In this document: one piece after another, positions 49,984 to 61,668 of the stretch
How positions within the stretch are numbered: the first letter of the stretch is position 1
Layout of the letters: each line of letters begins with the position of its first letter
Source of the DNA: an uncultured Desulfospira sp.
Lineage (GTDB): Bacteria > Desulfobacterota > Desulfobacteria > Desulfobacterales > Desulfobacteraceae
DNA: 64,000 nt
Direction: 5' to 3'
Assembly: GCA_963663165.1 (NCBI GenBank)
Contig: OY760175.1
Location: 3,584,001 to 3,648,000 of the forward strand
Position numbers and translations under genes: made by a program
The notes under the pieces: model-generated
Databases searched by the model: none
What the model saw: only the letters and a program-made list of their open reading frames with translations
What the model was told of the DNA's origin: nothing

Positions 49984-52900
49984 CGATATCCACAAAATCC
50001 TGATCATCGGAGCCGGCCCCATCATTATCAGCCAGGCCTGTGAATTTGACTACTCCGGGACCCAGGCCTGCAAGGCGCTCAAAGAAGAAGGATTTGAGGT
50101 GGTCCTGATCAACTCCAACCCGGCCACCATCATGACGGATCCGGAAACTGCCGACCGGGTCTATATTGAGCCGGTGACCTGTGAAGCCCTGTGCAAGATC
50201 ATTGAAAAAGAAAAACCCGATGCCCTGCTGCCCACCCTTGGCGGCCAGACCGCGTTGAACACGGCCCTTGAGACCGCCAAAACCGGTATCCTGGACAAGT
50301 ACAACATTGAAATGATCGGGGCCTCGGTGGCGGCCATTGAAAAGGCTGAAGACCGGGAACTGTTCCGGGACGCCATGAAAAAAATAGGGCTTCGCATTCC
50401 CAAAAGCGGGTTTGCCACCAACCTGCACGAAGTGGAAGAGGTCTCTCACCGCATTGGTTTTCCCATTATTGTCAGGCCCTCCTTTACCTTAGGCGGTACC
50501 GGCGGCGGCGTGGCCTACAACTCCGAGGAGCTGGCCAAACTCTCCAAGGCAGGCCTGGATGCCAGCCTTATCACCCAGGTCATGCTCGAAGAATCGGTCT
50601 TAGGCTGGAAAGAGTATGAGCTTGAGGTCATGCGGGACCATGCGGACAACGTGGTCATTATCTGTTCCATTGAAAACATTGACGCCATGGGGGTCCACAC
50701 CGGGGACTCCATCACCGTGGCCCCGGCCCAGACCCTGTCGGATAAAGAATACCAGCTTCTGAGGGACGCCTCCATTGCCATCATGCGGGAGATCGGCGTG
50801 GATACCGGCGGCTCCAATGTCCAGTTTGCCGTAAACCCGGAAAACGGGGACATTATTGTGGTGGAGATGAACCCCCGGGTGAGCCGCAGTTCCGCCCTGG
50901 CCTCCAAGGCCACGGGGTTTCCCATTGCCAAGATTGCCGCCAAGCTGGCCGTGGGCTACACCCTGGATGAAATTCCCAACGATATCACCGGCGAGACCAT
51001 GGCCTGTTTTGAGCCCTCCATTGACTATTGTGTCATCAAGATTCCCCGGTGGACCTTTGAAAAATTCCCAGAAACCGATGATATCCTGACCACGGCCATG
51101 AAATCCGTGGGCGAGACCATGTCCATTGGCCGGACCTTTAAAGAGGCACTCCAGAAGGGGCTGCGCTCCCTGGAAATCGGCCGGGCCGGATTCGGGGCCG
51201 ACGGAAAAGACCCGGCACCGGGCAGTGTGGCCGGAAACGAGCTGGAATACAAGCTGTCCACCCCCAATTCCCAGAGAATTTTCTATATCAAGTATGCCCT
51301 GGAACATGGCATGCCCATTACCATGATTTCCGAACTCACGGCCATTGATCCCTGGTTTCTGTACCAGATGAAGCAGATTGTTGACCTTGAAAAGCAGATC
51401 CAGCTGGCCGGCCGGGACCTGCCGCGGGAGCTGTTTGAAAAGGCCAAAAAATACGGATTTTCCGACAAGCAGCTGGCCCACCTGGCCAAACTCACGGACA
51501 AGCAGGTGGAAAAAACCAGAAAGGACTTGGGCATCGTGCCGGTGTATAAACTGGTGGACACCTGTGCCGCAGAGTTCAGGGCCACCACGCCCTATTACTA
51601 CTCCACCTATGAAAGCGAATGTGAGGCCAGGGTTTCAGACCGGAAAAAGGTCATCATCCTGGGCGGCGGCCCCAACCGCATCGGCCAGGGCATTGAGTTT
51701 GACTACTGCTGTGTCCATGCCTCCTTTGCCTTAAGGGAAGAAGGGGTGGAATCCATCATGGTCAACTCCAACCCGGAAACCGTGTCCACAGACTATGACA
51801 CCTCGGACAAGCTCTACTTTGAACCCCTGACCCGGGAAGACGTGCTTCACATTGTGGAAAAGGAAAAGCCCGACGGAGTGATTGTCCAGTTTGGGGGCCA
51901 GACCCCCCTAAACCTGGCCACGGACCTTCAAAAGGCCGGGGTTCCCATTATCGGCACCTCTCCCGAGAGCATTGACCGGGCCGAAGACCGGGATCTGTTC
52001 CAGGAGATGCTCAATAAACTGAACCTTCGCCAGCCGGACAACGGCATTGCCTTTTCCTATAACGAGGCCAAGGCCGTGGCCCGGGATATCGGGTATCCGG
52101 TAATGGTCAGGCCCTCCTTTGTCTTAGGCGGCCGGGCCATGAAGATTGTCTATGACGAGGGTGATTTGGAAGAGTTCTTTAACCTGGCCGTGGAGGCCTC
52201 CCCGGACAAACCCGTCCTCATTGACAAGTTCCTGGAAGAGGCTTTTGAGCTGGATGTGGATGCCATCTCAGACGGGCAGACCACCATTATCGGCGGCATG
52301 ATGGAACATGTGGAAGAGGCCGGAATCCACTCGGGTGACTCGGCCTGTGTCCTGCCCCCCTACTCCATCAAACGGGAACATATTGATGAAATGGCCGATG
52401 CGGCCCGGGCCATTGCCAAAGAGCTGAATGTCAAGGGGCTGATGAACATCCAGTTCGGGATCATGAATGACACGGTTTATATCATTGAGGTCAACCCCAG
52501 GGCATCCCGGACCATCCCCTTTGTCTCCAAGGCCATTGGCGTGCCTTTGGCCAAGCTGGCCACCAAAATCATGCTGGGGAAAACCTTAGATGAACTCGGC
52601 TTCACCAAAGAGGTCATCCCGCCTTATTTCTGCGTTAAAGAGGCGGTCATGCCCTTTGACCGGTTTGCCAAGGTGGATCCGGTTTTGGGACCTGAAATGA
52701 AATCCACGGGTGAGGTCATGGGCATTGATGAGGATCTGGGCGCAGCCTTTGCCAAGGCCCAGTTTGCCGCCGGCCAGAAACTGCCCAAAGAGGGCACGGT
52801 GTTCATCTCGGTCCAGGACAAGGACAAACCCGCGGCCCTGCCCGTGGCCAAGGCCTTCCATGAAATGGGGTTTACCATCATGGCCACCCGGGGAACCGCC

Positions 52901-53194
52901 ACCTTTCTGGAAGACAACAACGTTCCGGCCACCATGGTGAAAAAAGTATCCGCCGGACGGCCCAATGTGGTCGATGCCGTGAAAAACAATGAGATTCAGC
53001 TCATCCTCAACACCGGGGCCTCCAGCCAGACCCAGCGGGACGGATATGAGATCAGGCGGGCGGCCATTAAATATAAAATCCCCTATGCCACCACAACGGA
53101 CGGAACAAGGGCCATCTGCCAGGCCATCCAGGCCATGAAAAAGAAAGCCCTTTCCGTTAAACCCATCCAGGAGTATCACAAGGAAAATGTGTAA
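49970..53194 (+). CDS. carB: Carbamoyl-phosphate synthase large subunit
   Basis: [16 protein letters not shown], duplicated ATP-grasp halves, MGS domain. Confidence 0.98.
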   Translation: MPKRNDIHKILIIGAGPIIISQACEFDYSGTQACKALKEEGFEVVLINSNPATIMTDPETADRVYIEPVTCEALCKIIEKEKPDALLPTLGGQTALNTALETAKTGILDKYNIEMIGASVAAIEKAEDRELFRDAMKKIGLRIPKSGFATNLHEVEEVSHRIGFPIIVRPSFTLGGTGGGVAYNSEELAKLSKAGLDASLITQVMLEESVLGWKEYELEVMRDHADNVVIICSIENIDAMGVHTGDSITVAPAQTLSDKEYQLLRDASIAIMREIGVDTGGSNVQFAVNPENGDIIVVEMNPRVSRSSALASKATGFPIAKIAAKLAVGYTLDEIPNDITGETMACFEPSIDYCVIKIPRWTFEKFPETDDILTTAMKSVGETMSIGRTFKEALQKGLRSLEIGRAGFGADGKDPAPGSVAGNELEYKLSTPNSQRIFYIKYALEHGMPITMISELTAIDPWFLYQMKQIVDLEKQIQLAGRDLPRELFEKAKKYGFSDKQLAHLAKLTDKQVEKTRKDLGIVPVYKLVDTCAAEFRATTPYYYSTYESECEARVSDRKKVIILGGGPNRIGQGIEFDYCCVHASFALREEGVESIMVNSNPETVSTDYDTSDKLYFEPLTREDVLHIVEKEKPDGVIVQFGGQTPLNLATDLQKAGVPIIGTSPESIDRAEDRDLFQEMLNKLNLRQPDNGIAFSYNEAKAVARDIGYPVMVRPSFVLGGRAMKIVYDEGDLEEFFNLAVEASPDKPVLIDKFLEEAFELDVDAISDGQTTIIGGMMEHVEEAGIHSGDSACVLPPYSIKREHIDEMADAARAIAKELNVKGLMNIQFGIMNDTVYIIEVNPRASRTIPFVSKAIGVPLAKLATKIMLGKTLDELGFTKEVIPPYFCVKEAVMPFDRFAKVDPVLGPEMKSTGEVMGIDEDLGAAFAKAQFAAGQKLPKEGTVFISVQDKDKPAALPVAKAFHEMGFTIMATRGTATFLEDNNVPATMVKKVSAGRPNVVDAVKNNEIQLILNTGASSQTQRDGYEIRRAAIKYKIPYATTTDGTRAICQAIQAMKKKALSVKPIQEYHKENV

Positions 53195-54665
53195 GTTACC
53201 GGCAATAAAAACCCGACAGCCCGATGAGCGGCACCCCGGGTGCCCCATGGCATGCCTTAGCGAACGCCCCAAAGACGAATGCGGGGTTTTTGGCCTTTAC
53301 AAACATCCTGAGGCTGCCAAAATCACCTACTTCGGGCTTTATGCCCTCCAGCACCGGGGCCAGGAAAGTGCCGGCATCTCGGTAAACCGGGGGGTTAATG
53401 ACAAGATTTTTTCCCACAAGGGAATGGGCCTGGTGCCGGAAATTTTCAACATGGAAGACCTTGAACGGATCGAAGGCGGGTCTGCCATCGGCCATGTCCG
53501 ATACTCCACCACCGGGGACTCATGCCTGACCAATGCCCAGCCCTTTGTGGTCAACCACCGGCACAGATCCTATGCCCTGGCCCACAACGGCAACCTGGTC
53601 AATGCCCATACCATCAGGGAAGAACTTGAAGAAAAAGGCTCTATTTTCCAGACCACCATGGACTCAGAGGTGTTTCTTCATCTGTTTATCAAGAACCTGG
53701 TCAAGGGAGACTACGAGAGCGCCATTTTAAAGGCCGTGTCAAAGATTGAAGGGGCCTATTCCATGATCCTGCTCACCTGCAAGGGGGAGATCATCGGCAT
53801 GAAGGATCCCAACGGATTCCGCCCCCTGGCATTGGGCAAGCTTAACGGCCACTATGTCCTGGCCTCGGAAACCTGTGCCTTTGACCTGATCCAGGCCGAA
53901 TTTATCCGGGAGCTGGACCCCGGGGAAATCGTGATCATCAATGAAGACGGGATCAGAAGCATCCGGCACCCCAGGGCAGCCGACCATAAATCCCTGTGTA
54001 TTTTTGAATACATCTACTTTGCCCGGCCCGACTCCACCATTGACGGCAAAAATGTCTATGAGATGAGAAAGGCCCACGGCCGCCGCCTGGCCCAGGAGTC
54101 CCACGTGGACGCCGATCTGGTCATGCCCTTTCCGGATTCGGGCAACTATGCGGCCATCGGCTATGCCAAGGAATCGGGCATTCCCTTTGAAATGGGCATG
54201 ATCCGGAACCACTATGTGGGCCGAAGCTTTATCCAGCCCACCCAGTCCATGCGTGACTTTGCCGTGAGGGTCAAGCTCAATCCGGTCCGGGAGCTGATCA
54301 AGGGAAAAGATATCATTATCATTGAAGACTCCATTATACGGGGCACCACGGCTAAAACCCGGGTCAAGGCCTTAAGGGATTTAGGGGTCAAGAAGGTTCA
54401 TATGCGGATCTCATGTCCGCCCCACAGGTTCCCCTGTTATTACGGTATTGATTTTTCTTCAAAGGGGGAGCTCATTGCGGCAAGCATGTCCTTAGAGGAT
54501 CTTCGGGACTACCTGGGCCTGGATTCCCTCCACTACCTTTCCATTGAGGGCATGCTGGAAGCCTCCGGCGTTGAAAACCCGGAACAAAACTTTTGCAAGG
54601 CCTGTTTTGACGGACACTACCCGGTCCCCTTTGATCCCAATTTCACCAAGCAGTGCATGGGGTAA
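53187..54665 (+). CDS. purF: Amidophosphoribosyltransferase
   Basis: [32 protein letters not shown], Fe-S cysteines. Confidence 0.97.
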   Translation: MCKLPAIKTRQPDERHPGCPMACLSERPKDECGVFGLYKHPEAAKITYFGLYALQHRGQESAGISVNRGVNDKIFSHKGMGLVPEIFNMEDLERIEGGSAIGHVRYSTTGDSCLTNAQPFVVNHRHRSYALAHNGNLVNAHTIREELEEKGSIFQTTMDSEVFLHLFIKNLVKGDYESAILKAVSKIEGAYSMILLTCKGEIIGMKDPNGFRPLALGKLNGHYVLASETCAFDLIQAEFIRELDPGEIVIINEDGIRSIRHPRAADHKSLCIFEYIYFARPDSTIDGKNVYEMRKAHGRRLAQESHVDADLVMPFPDSGNYAAIGYAKESGIPFEMGMIRNHYVGRSFIQPTQSMRDFAVRVKLNPVRELIKGKDIIIIEDSIIRGTTAKTRVKALRDLGVKKVHMRISCPPHRFPCYYGIDFSSKGELIAASMSLEDLRDYLGLDSLHYLSIEGMLEASGVENPEQNFCKACFDGHYPVPFDPNFTKQCMG

Positions 54666-54668
54666 CCA

Positions 54669-55682
54669 TTGGTAACAAAGAAAACCGTGGCATTCTCAAA
54701 AGATGCCTGCAACCTGTTTTTCCACATTTTAACCAAGTGCAACCTGAGCTGCTCCCACTGCTATATCAATCCGGACCAGCACGGCAGCAACACCCTTGAT
54801 ATCAAGACCATCCGGGAGTGGCTTTCCCTGTTCGCCCAAAAGAACCAAAAGGCCAACGTGATTTTCCTTGGGGGCGAACCCACCCTTCACCCGGATCTTT
54901 CAGCGGCGGTTAAACAGGCCAAGGCCCTGGGGTTTGAATCCATCACCATCGACACCAACGGGTTTCTTTTCCATGATATCCTGGACAAGGTCACCCCGGA
55001 TGATCTGGATTTCATCAGCTTTTCCCTGGATGGTGCCACCAGAGCCGTCAATGACGCCTGCAGGGGAAAGGGAAGCTTTGATGCGGTGATGGCGGGGATT
55101 AAAAAGGCCAGGGATAAAGGCTTTTCCTGTTCCATGATCTATACGGTATCGGACAAAAATATTCATGAACTGTCACAGATGCCGGACCTGATAAAGCCCC
55201 TGGGACTTGACCGGTTTTTCATCCAGGTGGTGGGCTTAAGAGGGGAATCGGCAAAATCGGCCGATAATTCCGGCTCAGCCATTCACCAGGTCACCAAGGA
55301 AACCTGGCTGAACCTGATCCCGGCCACCGCAGAAAAAATTGCTCAAATGGGCATTATCGTCACCTATCCCAAGGTCTTTCTGGAACCGTCAGACCCGTTC
55401 CAGTGTGCGGCCCGGGTGGCCCAAAACTATTTTGTCTTTCCCAACGGCCGGGTCTACCAGTGCCCTATTTGCGAGGATTTTTCCCTGCACTCTTTTGACA
55501 TCATCAACAATGAACTGGTGCCGCGCCCCCCGGTCAATGAAACCGACCTGTTCAACCTGAACATCCCCGAAGGCTGCGTCATGAACAAACTGGTCCAGCC
55601 GGCAAACCTGTCCTATGATTCCCAGGGCCGCCCCCTTCACCAGATCGCCTGCTGCATGCTCAAAGAAGAGATTACTTTTTAA
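54669..55682 (+). CDS. Radical SAM protein
   Basis: CNLSCSHC, GGEP, TNG, SLDG; C-terminal Cys cluster. Confidence 0.88.
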   Translation: MVTKKTVAFSKDACNLFFHILTKCNLSCSHCYINPDQHGSNTLDIKTIREWLSLFAQKNQKANVIFLGGEPTLHPDLSAAVKQAKALGFESITIDTNGFLFHDILDKVTPDDLDFISFSLDGATRAVNDACRGKGSFDAVMAGIKKARDKGFSCSMIYTVSDKNIHELSQMPDLIKPLGLDRFFIQVVGLRGESAKSADNSGSAIHQVTKETWLNLIPATAEKIAQMGIIVTYPKVFLEPSDPFQCAARVAQNYFVFPNGRVYQCPICEDFSLHSFDIINNELVPRPPVNETDLFNLNIPEGCVMNKLVQPANLSYDSQGRPLHQIACCMLKEEITF

Positions 55683-55861
55683 GTCACCGGTTTCCCCTGA
55701 TGCCTCAGCCATTGTCGGCCTTTGTCCGTCAGGCGGTATTTTTGCTTGCTGCTTTGCGGTTTGTCCGGAAGGGTCATTTCAATTAATCCGGCTTCCAAAG
55801 CGGGAATCAAATAAGTTTTGCGAAAATGCTCATTATCTTTGAGCCCCAGGGCCTTTTTAAG

Positions 55862-56215
55862 CTATTGCCGGCTCATTTCACCAGTAACGGCAAGCAGCAG
55901 CCGGACTTCCGGGGTGACTTCCAGGGTCGCTTCCAGTGTTGAAGATCCCACTGCATCCAGGATCATCCTGAGCATGAAAGAAATAAAGGGGCCTGAGTCG
56001 GTCTGAAGGGTACTTTCCTGAATGGCCTGATAATACTCGGCCTGGTGTTCGAAGACCGGGCTTTCCGCCGGGATATCGGCGAACAGGGAATTCCATCGGG
56101 AAAGAATCAGGCTCTGCCACAGGCGCCCCATGCGGCCGTTAACGTCAGCAAACGGGTGAATGAATTCAAATTCGTAATGAAAAACCGAGCTGGCAATGAG
56201 CGGGTGGGCGTTCGT
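55862..56215 (-). pseudogene. Fic-domain gene fragment
   Basis: HPLIASSVFHYEFEFIHPFADVNGRMGR; motif Gly replaced by Val and N-terminus absent. Confidence 0.75.
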
Positions 56216-56805
56216 TACGGCAACTTTCTGACAATAAACTCGATACAGCATTCGGCCACGGGGGTGGCGGTCTGGTCCAGATGCGGCGGGAGCTTGGGGC
56301 GGTAAAAGTCTTCTATGAGTTCGATTTTGATCACCTTGATCCGGTCGCCGAAAGACTGGAGCAGTTCCATGATATTGATGGATTTATCAGACCAGGAGTT
56401 GGTTTTCTGGATGGTCATGGTCCACTTATGGTCGGGATTGAACTTTGACGGGAACACCCCCTTTTCATAGAGATCTTCATCGGGAACCGTGGTGATGATG
56501 TGGCCGCCGGGTTTTACAATCCGGATCCAGTTTTCAAAACCGATCCGGGGGTCTTCAAGGTGTTCAAGGCAGTGGCTTGAATGGACAAAATCAACGCTGT
56601 TGTCCGGGACCCCCTTCATATACTGGGCATCGCCGTCCTGCAGATCCCATGTCCGGGCCCCGGTCATTTTGGAAAACACCCCTGCATACTGCCCTAAAGG
56701 GTCAGGCTTCCCACCGATATCGATCCCGGTTCCCACAAAATACTTGTTGTGAAACTCTCCAAGATTAAACCGTCTTTTCGCGGCTTTGCTCTGTTCCCAC
56801 GGCAT
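56215..56805 (-). CDS. Class I SAM-dependent methyltransferase
   Basis: GIDIGG, DFVHSSHCLEH, RIVKPGG. Confidence 0.82.
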   Translation of the reverse strand: MPWEQSKAAKRRFNLGEFHNKYFVGTGIDIGGKPDPLGQYAGVFSKMTGARTWDLQDGDAQYMKGVPDNSVDFVHSSHCLEHLEDPRIGFENWIRIVKPGGHIITTVPDEDLYEKGVFPSKFNPDHKWTMTIQKTNSWSDKSINIMELLQSFGDRIKVIKIELIEDFYRPKLPPHLDQTATPVAECCIEFIVRKLP

Positions 56806-56904
56806 TGGATTGTCCTTTCAACCGGCCTGTGTTTGAATACTATAGTGCTGCAAACCCTTTTGACCTACCCTATCGTTTTCAACCATCAATGTCACTGGTT
56901 TATT

Positions 56905-57822
56905 TTAACCCATGCTCAGCCAGATCCCATAGGTAAAGGCCGACAAGATCGTGCAGATGGAAATGGCGGCCACGGAAAAATCGGAATCCCCGCCCATTTC
57001 CCGGGCCATGATATAGGTCAGGGTGGCCGTGGGTGAGGAGAGGATGATCAGGCCGGGCAGGTAATCCTCGGGGGCCGTCCCAAACAGTTTGAACAGCAAA
57101 AGCCCCATGGCCGGAGCCGCCATGGTTTTCAGGAAGCTGGACGCCAGGACGTTTAAAAAGCCGTGTTTGAGCTTTTCAAACGACAGGGAGGCCCCGATGA
57201 TCAGCAACGCCGTGGGAAGGGCCATGCCCTTTAAAATATCCAGGGAGCGGTCCAGGATGACCGGCAGCTTCAGGTTAAGCAGGGAAAAGATGATCCCTGA
57301 CAATGCCGACAGGATAACGGGATTGGTGATGCCGGCTTTTAAGGTGTCCATGAACCGGAAGCGCTCTTTTTCTTTGCGGTTGTGGGCCTGAAGGACTACC
57401 ACGGCCAGGATGTTCTGGACAATCATGACAAATCCGGCAATCAGGGCGGCCCGGACAAACCCGCTGTGGCCCAGGTAATAAAAGGCCACGGCAAGGCCGA
57501 TATATCCCAGATTCCCGTGAAAGGAGCAGTGAATAAAAGAGCCCCTTGACCGTCGGGGAATTTTCAACCCAATGGCCGCTGCCCATGCCACACCGGTAAT
57601 ACAGAACATGGCGGCCAGGGTGGCCAGGATAACGGTGGCATTCAGTTCAGACTTAAGAGAGGCTTTGGAAACCGCGCTGAAAATCATGGCCGGTATGGCA
57701 ATATAGTAAACCAGGCGGTTGGCCTGGTTTACAAAATCCATGGAGATAAAGTCTCTGCGCCGGGCAAAAACCCCCAGAAAGATCACGATAAAAATCGGGA
57801 TGATGGTGGCCAGGATTTCCAT
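56905..57822 (-). CDS. AEC (auxin efflux carrier/MleP) family transporter
   Basis: IPIF, YIAIPA, GNLGYIGL, NPVIL, PTA motifs; about 10 TM helices. Confidence 0.88.
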   Translation of the reverse strand: MEILATIIPIFIVIFLGVFARRRDFISMDFVNQANRLVYYIAIPAMIFSAVSKASLKSELNATVILATLAAMFCITGVAWAAAIGLKIPRRSRGSFIHCSFHGNLGYIGLAVAFYYLGHSGFVRAALIAGFVMIVQNILAVVVLQAHNRKEKERFRFMDTLKAGITNPVILSALSGIIFSLLNLKLPVILDRSLDILKGMALPTALLIIGASLSFEKLKHGFLNVLASSFLKTMAAPAMGLLLFKLFGTAPEDYLPGLIILSSPTATLTYIMAREMGGDSDFSVAAISICTILSAFTYGIWLSMG

Positions 57823-57830
57823 GGGTATCC

Positions 57831-57905
57831 TTAGGCTGTCAGGCTAAAGACTGAAGGCTGAAGGTTGCGTTCGTCACCTTCAGCCTAAACCCCTTCAGCC
57901 TAATT
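57831..57905. repeat. REP-like repeat, family E (copy 2), overlapping the ALDH stop codon
   Basis: aggctaaagactgaaggctgaagg...ccttcagcctaaaccccttcagcctaat. Confidence 0.7.
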
Positions 57906-59289
57906 TGGTTTTAATATGAAAAGACTTTGGCCGGGTCAGGTACTCATACCCCACCACAGACAGGGTGCAGCCCCGGCCGGAATTCTTAACCCCGGTCCAG
58001 CCCAGTTCCGGGTCCAGATAGTCACACCGGTTGATGAAAAGGGTCCCGGTATTCACCTGTTGCCCGAGTTCAATCCCCTTGTCATAATCTTTTGTAAAAA
58101 TAGCGGCGGTCAGGCCGAACTCACTGTCGTTCATGAGTTCTACCGCCTCCTCATCAGACGCCACCTTCTGAATTCCCACCACCGGCCCGAAACTTTCCTC
58201 GGTCATCACCCGCATGGTGTGGTTGACGCCGGTCAGAATCTGAGGGGCCAGGTAAGGGGTGCCGGCCTTGTCCATGGGGAAATTTTCGGCCTTGATATGG
58301 GCAACCGCCCCCTGTTCAATGGCTTCTTTGGTCTGCTCCCGGACAAAATCAGCGGCACTGGTCCTGACCAGGGGACCTAAGGTGGTTTCAGGATCATCAG
58401 ACCGGCCAAGCTTTAAGGCATTGACCCATGCAATGGCCTGTTCAAGGAAGTCGTCATACACATCGGCATGGACATAAACCCGTTCAATCCCGCAGCAGGA
58501 CTGGCCGGAATTGAAAAACGCGCCGTCCATGGCCGTGTCCACGGCATGGGGAAGATCGGCATCGGCCCGGACATAGGCCGGGTCCTTGCCGCCAAGTTCC
58601 AGGCCGACATTAATGAACCTTCCGGCAGCCGCCTTTTCCACCATGGCCCCGCCGGGAACAGACCCCGTAAATGCCACATGGTTGATCCGGGCATCTTTGA
58701 TGATGGCTTCGGTATCCCCATGGGTGAGGTGAAGGTACTGGAACACACCTTTGGGCAGGCCTGCCGCCTCAAAGGCCTCAAACAGGCGCTCGGCACAAAG
58801 GGGGGTCTGGGCCGAATGTTTCAAAATTACGGTGTTGCCGGCCAGGATGGCCGGGACAATGGCATTAATAGCGGTCAGATAGGGATAATTCCAGGGGGCA
58901 ATGACAAACACCGTGCCTAAGGGCTCCCGCTGAATCCACCGCTCAAACCCCTCTTTTTCATCCAGTTTCACCGGTGCAAGCCCCTGGTCCGCCAGCCGGA
59001 TCATGGCCCTTGCCCGTTCTTCCAGGCCGTTGACCTCGCCTGCCCCAAACCGGATGGGCCGCCCCATCATCCAGCAAAGTTCTTTGGCGATCTCTTCTTT
59101 TTTGGCCACAAAAGCGTCAACGGCTTTTGTGCATAAGATTTTCCGGTCTGCCAGGGCCGTGGCGGCCCAGGCGCGCTGGGCCTGTTTGGCCTGATCCAGG
59201 GTGGTTTGAATTAACCCCTGATCTGCAAAGGGCCGCTCCACATAGGCAGAATTGTCAACCGGACTGATACATACAAATGAGGATGTCAT
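57895..59289 (-). CDS. Aldehyde dehydrogenase
   Basis: PWNYP, FTGS, LELGGKDP, FNSGQSCCG, EESFGP. Confidence 0.92.
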   Translation of the reverse strand: MTSSFVCISPVDNSAYVERPFADQGLIQTTLDQAKQAQRAWAATALADRKILCTKAVDAFVAKKEEIAKELCWMMGRPIRFGAGEVNGLEERARAMIRLADQGLAPVKLDEKEGFERWIQREPLGTVFVIAPWNYPYLTAINAIVPAILAGNTVILKHSAQTPLCAERLFEAFEAAGLPKGVFQYLHLTHGDTEAIIKDARINHVAFTGSVPGGAMVEKAAAGRFINVGLELGGKDPAYVRADADLPHAVDTAMDGAFFNSGQSCCGIERVYVHADVYDDFLEQAIAWVNALKLGRSDDPETTLGPLVRTSAADFVREQTKEAIEQGAVAHIKAENFPMDKAGTPYLAPQILTGVNHTMRVMTEESFGPVVGIQKVASDEEAVELMNDSEFGLTAAIFTKDYDKGIELGQQVNTGTLFINRCDYLDPELGWTGVKNSGRGCTLSVVGYEYLTRPKSFHIKTKLG

Positions 59290-59547
59290 AACTTCACCTT
59301 TTAAAAATATCCTTAATATGGTTAGACTCAGGTTTAGCCGTCCTATCCTAAAACCGTTTGATTTGCAAGTGAAATCCATCCGGCACACAGGATTAACACG
59401 GACAAAAATTGACTCATTTTTTTGAGGAATAAACCATAAGGGCAATCTCCCGTAAAATGAAGGAAAGCCGGAGAAAAGGAAACCACAGACCGGCCCGCAG
59501 ACTTTCTGTATTCGGATATTATACCACTTGTCAGGGCTCGGCGTTTT

Positions 59548-60654
59548 TTAGATGCAGCAGCCCCTGGCCGTTATGGCTTTTCTCTCCAGGGTACCGTCAG
59601 CCCTTTGAAGGTAAAAGAAATTAAACAGGTTCATGCAAAGGGCTGCATTGACCGGGATAATGCTGATACGGTCTCCCGGGCCAGGTGGATTTTTACACCG
59701 GCTGACATCCACCCAGCCGTGCTCTTCGTGGAGCCGGCATATCCGGGCTTCGGGGTATTCACACACATATCCCATTTCCAGGGCTTCACGGCGCAGCAGC
59801 TGTTTGGCCGAAAGGCTTTTGGAGCCGGCATCTATGATCACCTGGCCCGGAACCCTGTCTGAAACAACCGTTGCCACCATGCGGGCCGCACAATCCTCAA
59901 GGGCGCAATGGTTGAACTTGGCCACAAAATAGTCATTGATATAGGCCGTTCCCACCCGAAGCTCATTGACATGGGCCACCTGGTGGGTATTGAAAAGAGA
60001 CGGGGTGGCGCCTGAAGAGACCATGGGCGGCTCAAGCCCTGCCTTGCATAAGGCGTTATAGGCCGGTTTCCATGACCGGTTAATCTGTTCAAAGCTTTCA
60101 GGGGCTGAGGCGTTGGGGCCGTACAAATGGCCCAGATAAAGCTGGATGCCTTCAAATTCAAGGTACGGGGCGTTTTGGGCGTACCTTGCAAGGGCTGTCA
60201 GTTCATCCGGGTCTGCGGTTCCGCACCGGTGGAGCCCGGCATCAAACATGACATGGATGCCGATGGTTGTATCATGGTCCATTGCGGCCCGGGACAACCA
60301 GTCCATCAGGGACCTTTCGTCAACCGCCACCCGGACGGTGTGGGTTTGGGCAAGGCCTGCGATGATCCGCACCCGTTCATCCCCGAAAGCCGGGTAGGCC
60401 ACGGTGATATCGGTGCCGGGGTGTTCGGCAAGGGCCTGGGCCTCTGTGGCCTTTGCCACCCCGATCCCTGCCCCCCCTGCGGCCAGCTGCATCCGGGTAA
60501 TGGAAAGGGATTTATGGGTTTTGACATGGGGGCGGACCCGGTAGCCGTGGGCCTTGGCATAAGAATGGATCCGGTGGATATTTTTTTCTAAAACAGATTG
60601 GTCTATGACCAGGAAGGGGGTGGGGATTTGGCGGATGTTTTTAATCGTCTCCAT
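59548..60654 (-). CDS. PLP fold-type III enzyme (alanine racemase-like; D-threonine aldolase/DSD1 family)
   Basis: TPFLVID, RPHVKTHK (PLP lysine), HRCG, GATP, ELRVG, DAGSKSL, EEHG. Confidence 0.85.
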   Translation of the reverse strand: METIKNIRQIPTPFLVIDQSVLEKNIHRIHSYAKAHGYRVRPHVKTHKSLSITRMQLAAGGAGIGVAKATEAQALAEHPGTDITVAYPAFGDERVRIIAGLAQTHTVRVAVDERSLMDWLSRAAMDHDTTIGIHVMFDAGLHRCGTADPDELTALARYAQNAPYLEFEGIQLYLGHLYGPNASAPESFEQINRSWKPAYNALCKAGLEPPMVSSGATPSLFNTHQVAHVNELRVGTAYINDYFVAKFNHCALEDCAARMVATVVSDRVPGQVIIDAGSKSLSAKQLLRREALEMGYVCEYPEARICRLHEEHGWVDVSRCKNPPGPGDRISIIPVNAALCMNLFNFFYLQRADGTLERKAITARGCCI

Positions 60655-61480
60655 AATCGTCTTTAACCCGTGGTTCGGTTTTGACCACAAAAATGGAGGT
60701 GTTGTTTACCGGGGGATTGGGCCGGACCCGGGTGATCTCCTTAAATCCTGCCGGCAGCTTGAAATCAGCCCCGGCATCCAAAAACCTTCGCAGACCCTTT
60801 TCATAAATCCGGTAGGAAAGGGTGGCGCCTTTGTCAAGTACCTTTAAAAGATGCTCAAAGATCTCCTCTTTGGGGCGGGCATCGGCACCGATCATGATCA
60901 GCTGGCAGGGATCGGCCAGTGGCAGGGAAAAATGGTTGCCGCCGATAATGCGGATCTGCCGGTCAAGGTCCAGGGCATGGATCAGCTGCCGGGACAGGTC
61001 CGCATATTCCCGGCATTGTTCAATGCCGATGCCAAGGATCTGGTACCGGGCACACAGGCTGATCAGGGTCAACGGCAGGGGGCCGCTGCCCAGAAAAACC
61101 ACCCGGTCGCCGGAAGACAGATTTGCCCCGGTATATTCCATCCGGGCAAGCTCCAGGTAATTGGGATAATACACAAACTGTTTGATGGCCTCCCAGGGGG
61201 CGGCCGAATCAATCAGGTCCCGGGCATGGCGCAGTTCCAGGCGCAGTCCGTTGGTTCTTTTGAGCAGGGAAATATGGGCCAGGGCCGGTTGAAGCACGGG
61301 ATCAGCCCGCAGGATCTGTGCCCGGCAGTCATCCATGTCCATTGCCGCCATGCGGTCCAGCCGGCTGAAAAAGGGATAGGCCTCTTCATGCCGGCCCTCA
61401 AGCAAAGACTCCGGATCAATATGGGCCAGGGCATCATAAATATCAAGCACCTCTTTTTTGATAACATCCAGATCAACCAT
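60641..61480 (-). CDS. Nicotianamine synthase family protein, paralog B
   Basis: PW...FVYYPNYLELARME, FLGSGPLPLT, VNNTS. Confidence 0.85.
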   Translation of the reverse strand: MVDLDVIKKEVLDIYDALAHIDPESLLEGRHEEAYPFFSRLDRMAAMDMDDCRAQILRADPVLQPALAHISLLKRTNGLRLELRHARDLIDSAAPWEAIKQFVYYPNYLELARMEYTGANLSSGDRVVFLGSGPLPLTLISLCARYQILGIGIEQCREYADLSRQLIHALDLDRQIRIIGGNHFSLPLADPCQLIMIGADARPKEEIFEHLLKVLDKGATLSYRIYEKGLRRFLDAGADFKLPAGFKEITRVRPNPPVNNTSIFVVKTEPRVKDDYGDD

Positions 61481-61521
61481 GAACACCCTTTCCCTTTTTG
61501 CTTTTACTTAGCCCACCGCCT

Positions 61522-61668
61522 GTGTTTGGACAAAAAATTGCCCAGATGCAAGGCGTAACCTAAAGGTCAGAAACCAGGAAAATGTGCAACCGGAGCAACC
61601 TTTGGGGTTGTGAGGATTGCAGATTTTCCTGCAACGCAGCAGATGGGTGATTTTTCGTCCAAACACTA
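61522..61668. repeat. Family B repeat (inverted copy) between the two NAS genes
   Basis: gtgtttggacaaaaa...ttttcgtccaaacacta; reverse complement of the 14696..14824 region. Confidence 0.75.
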
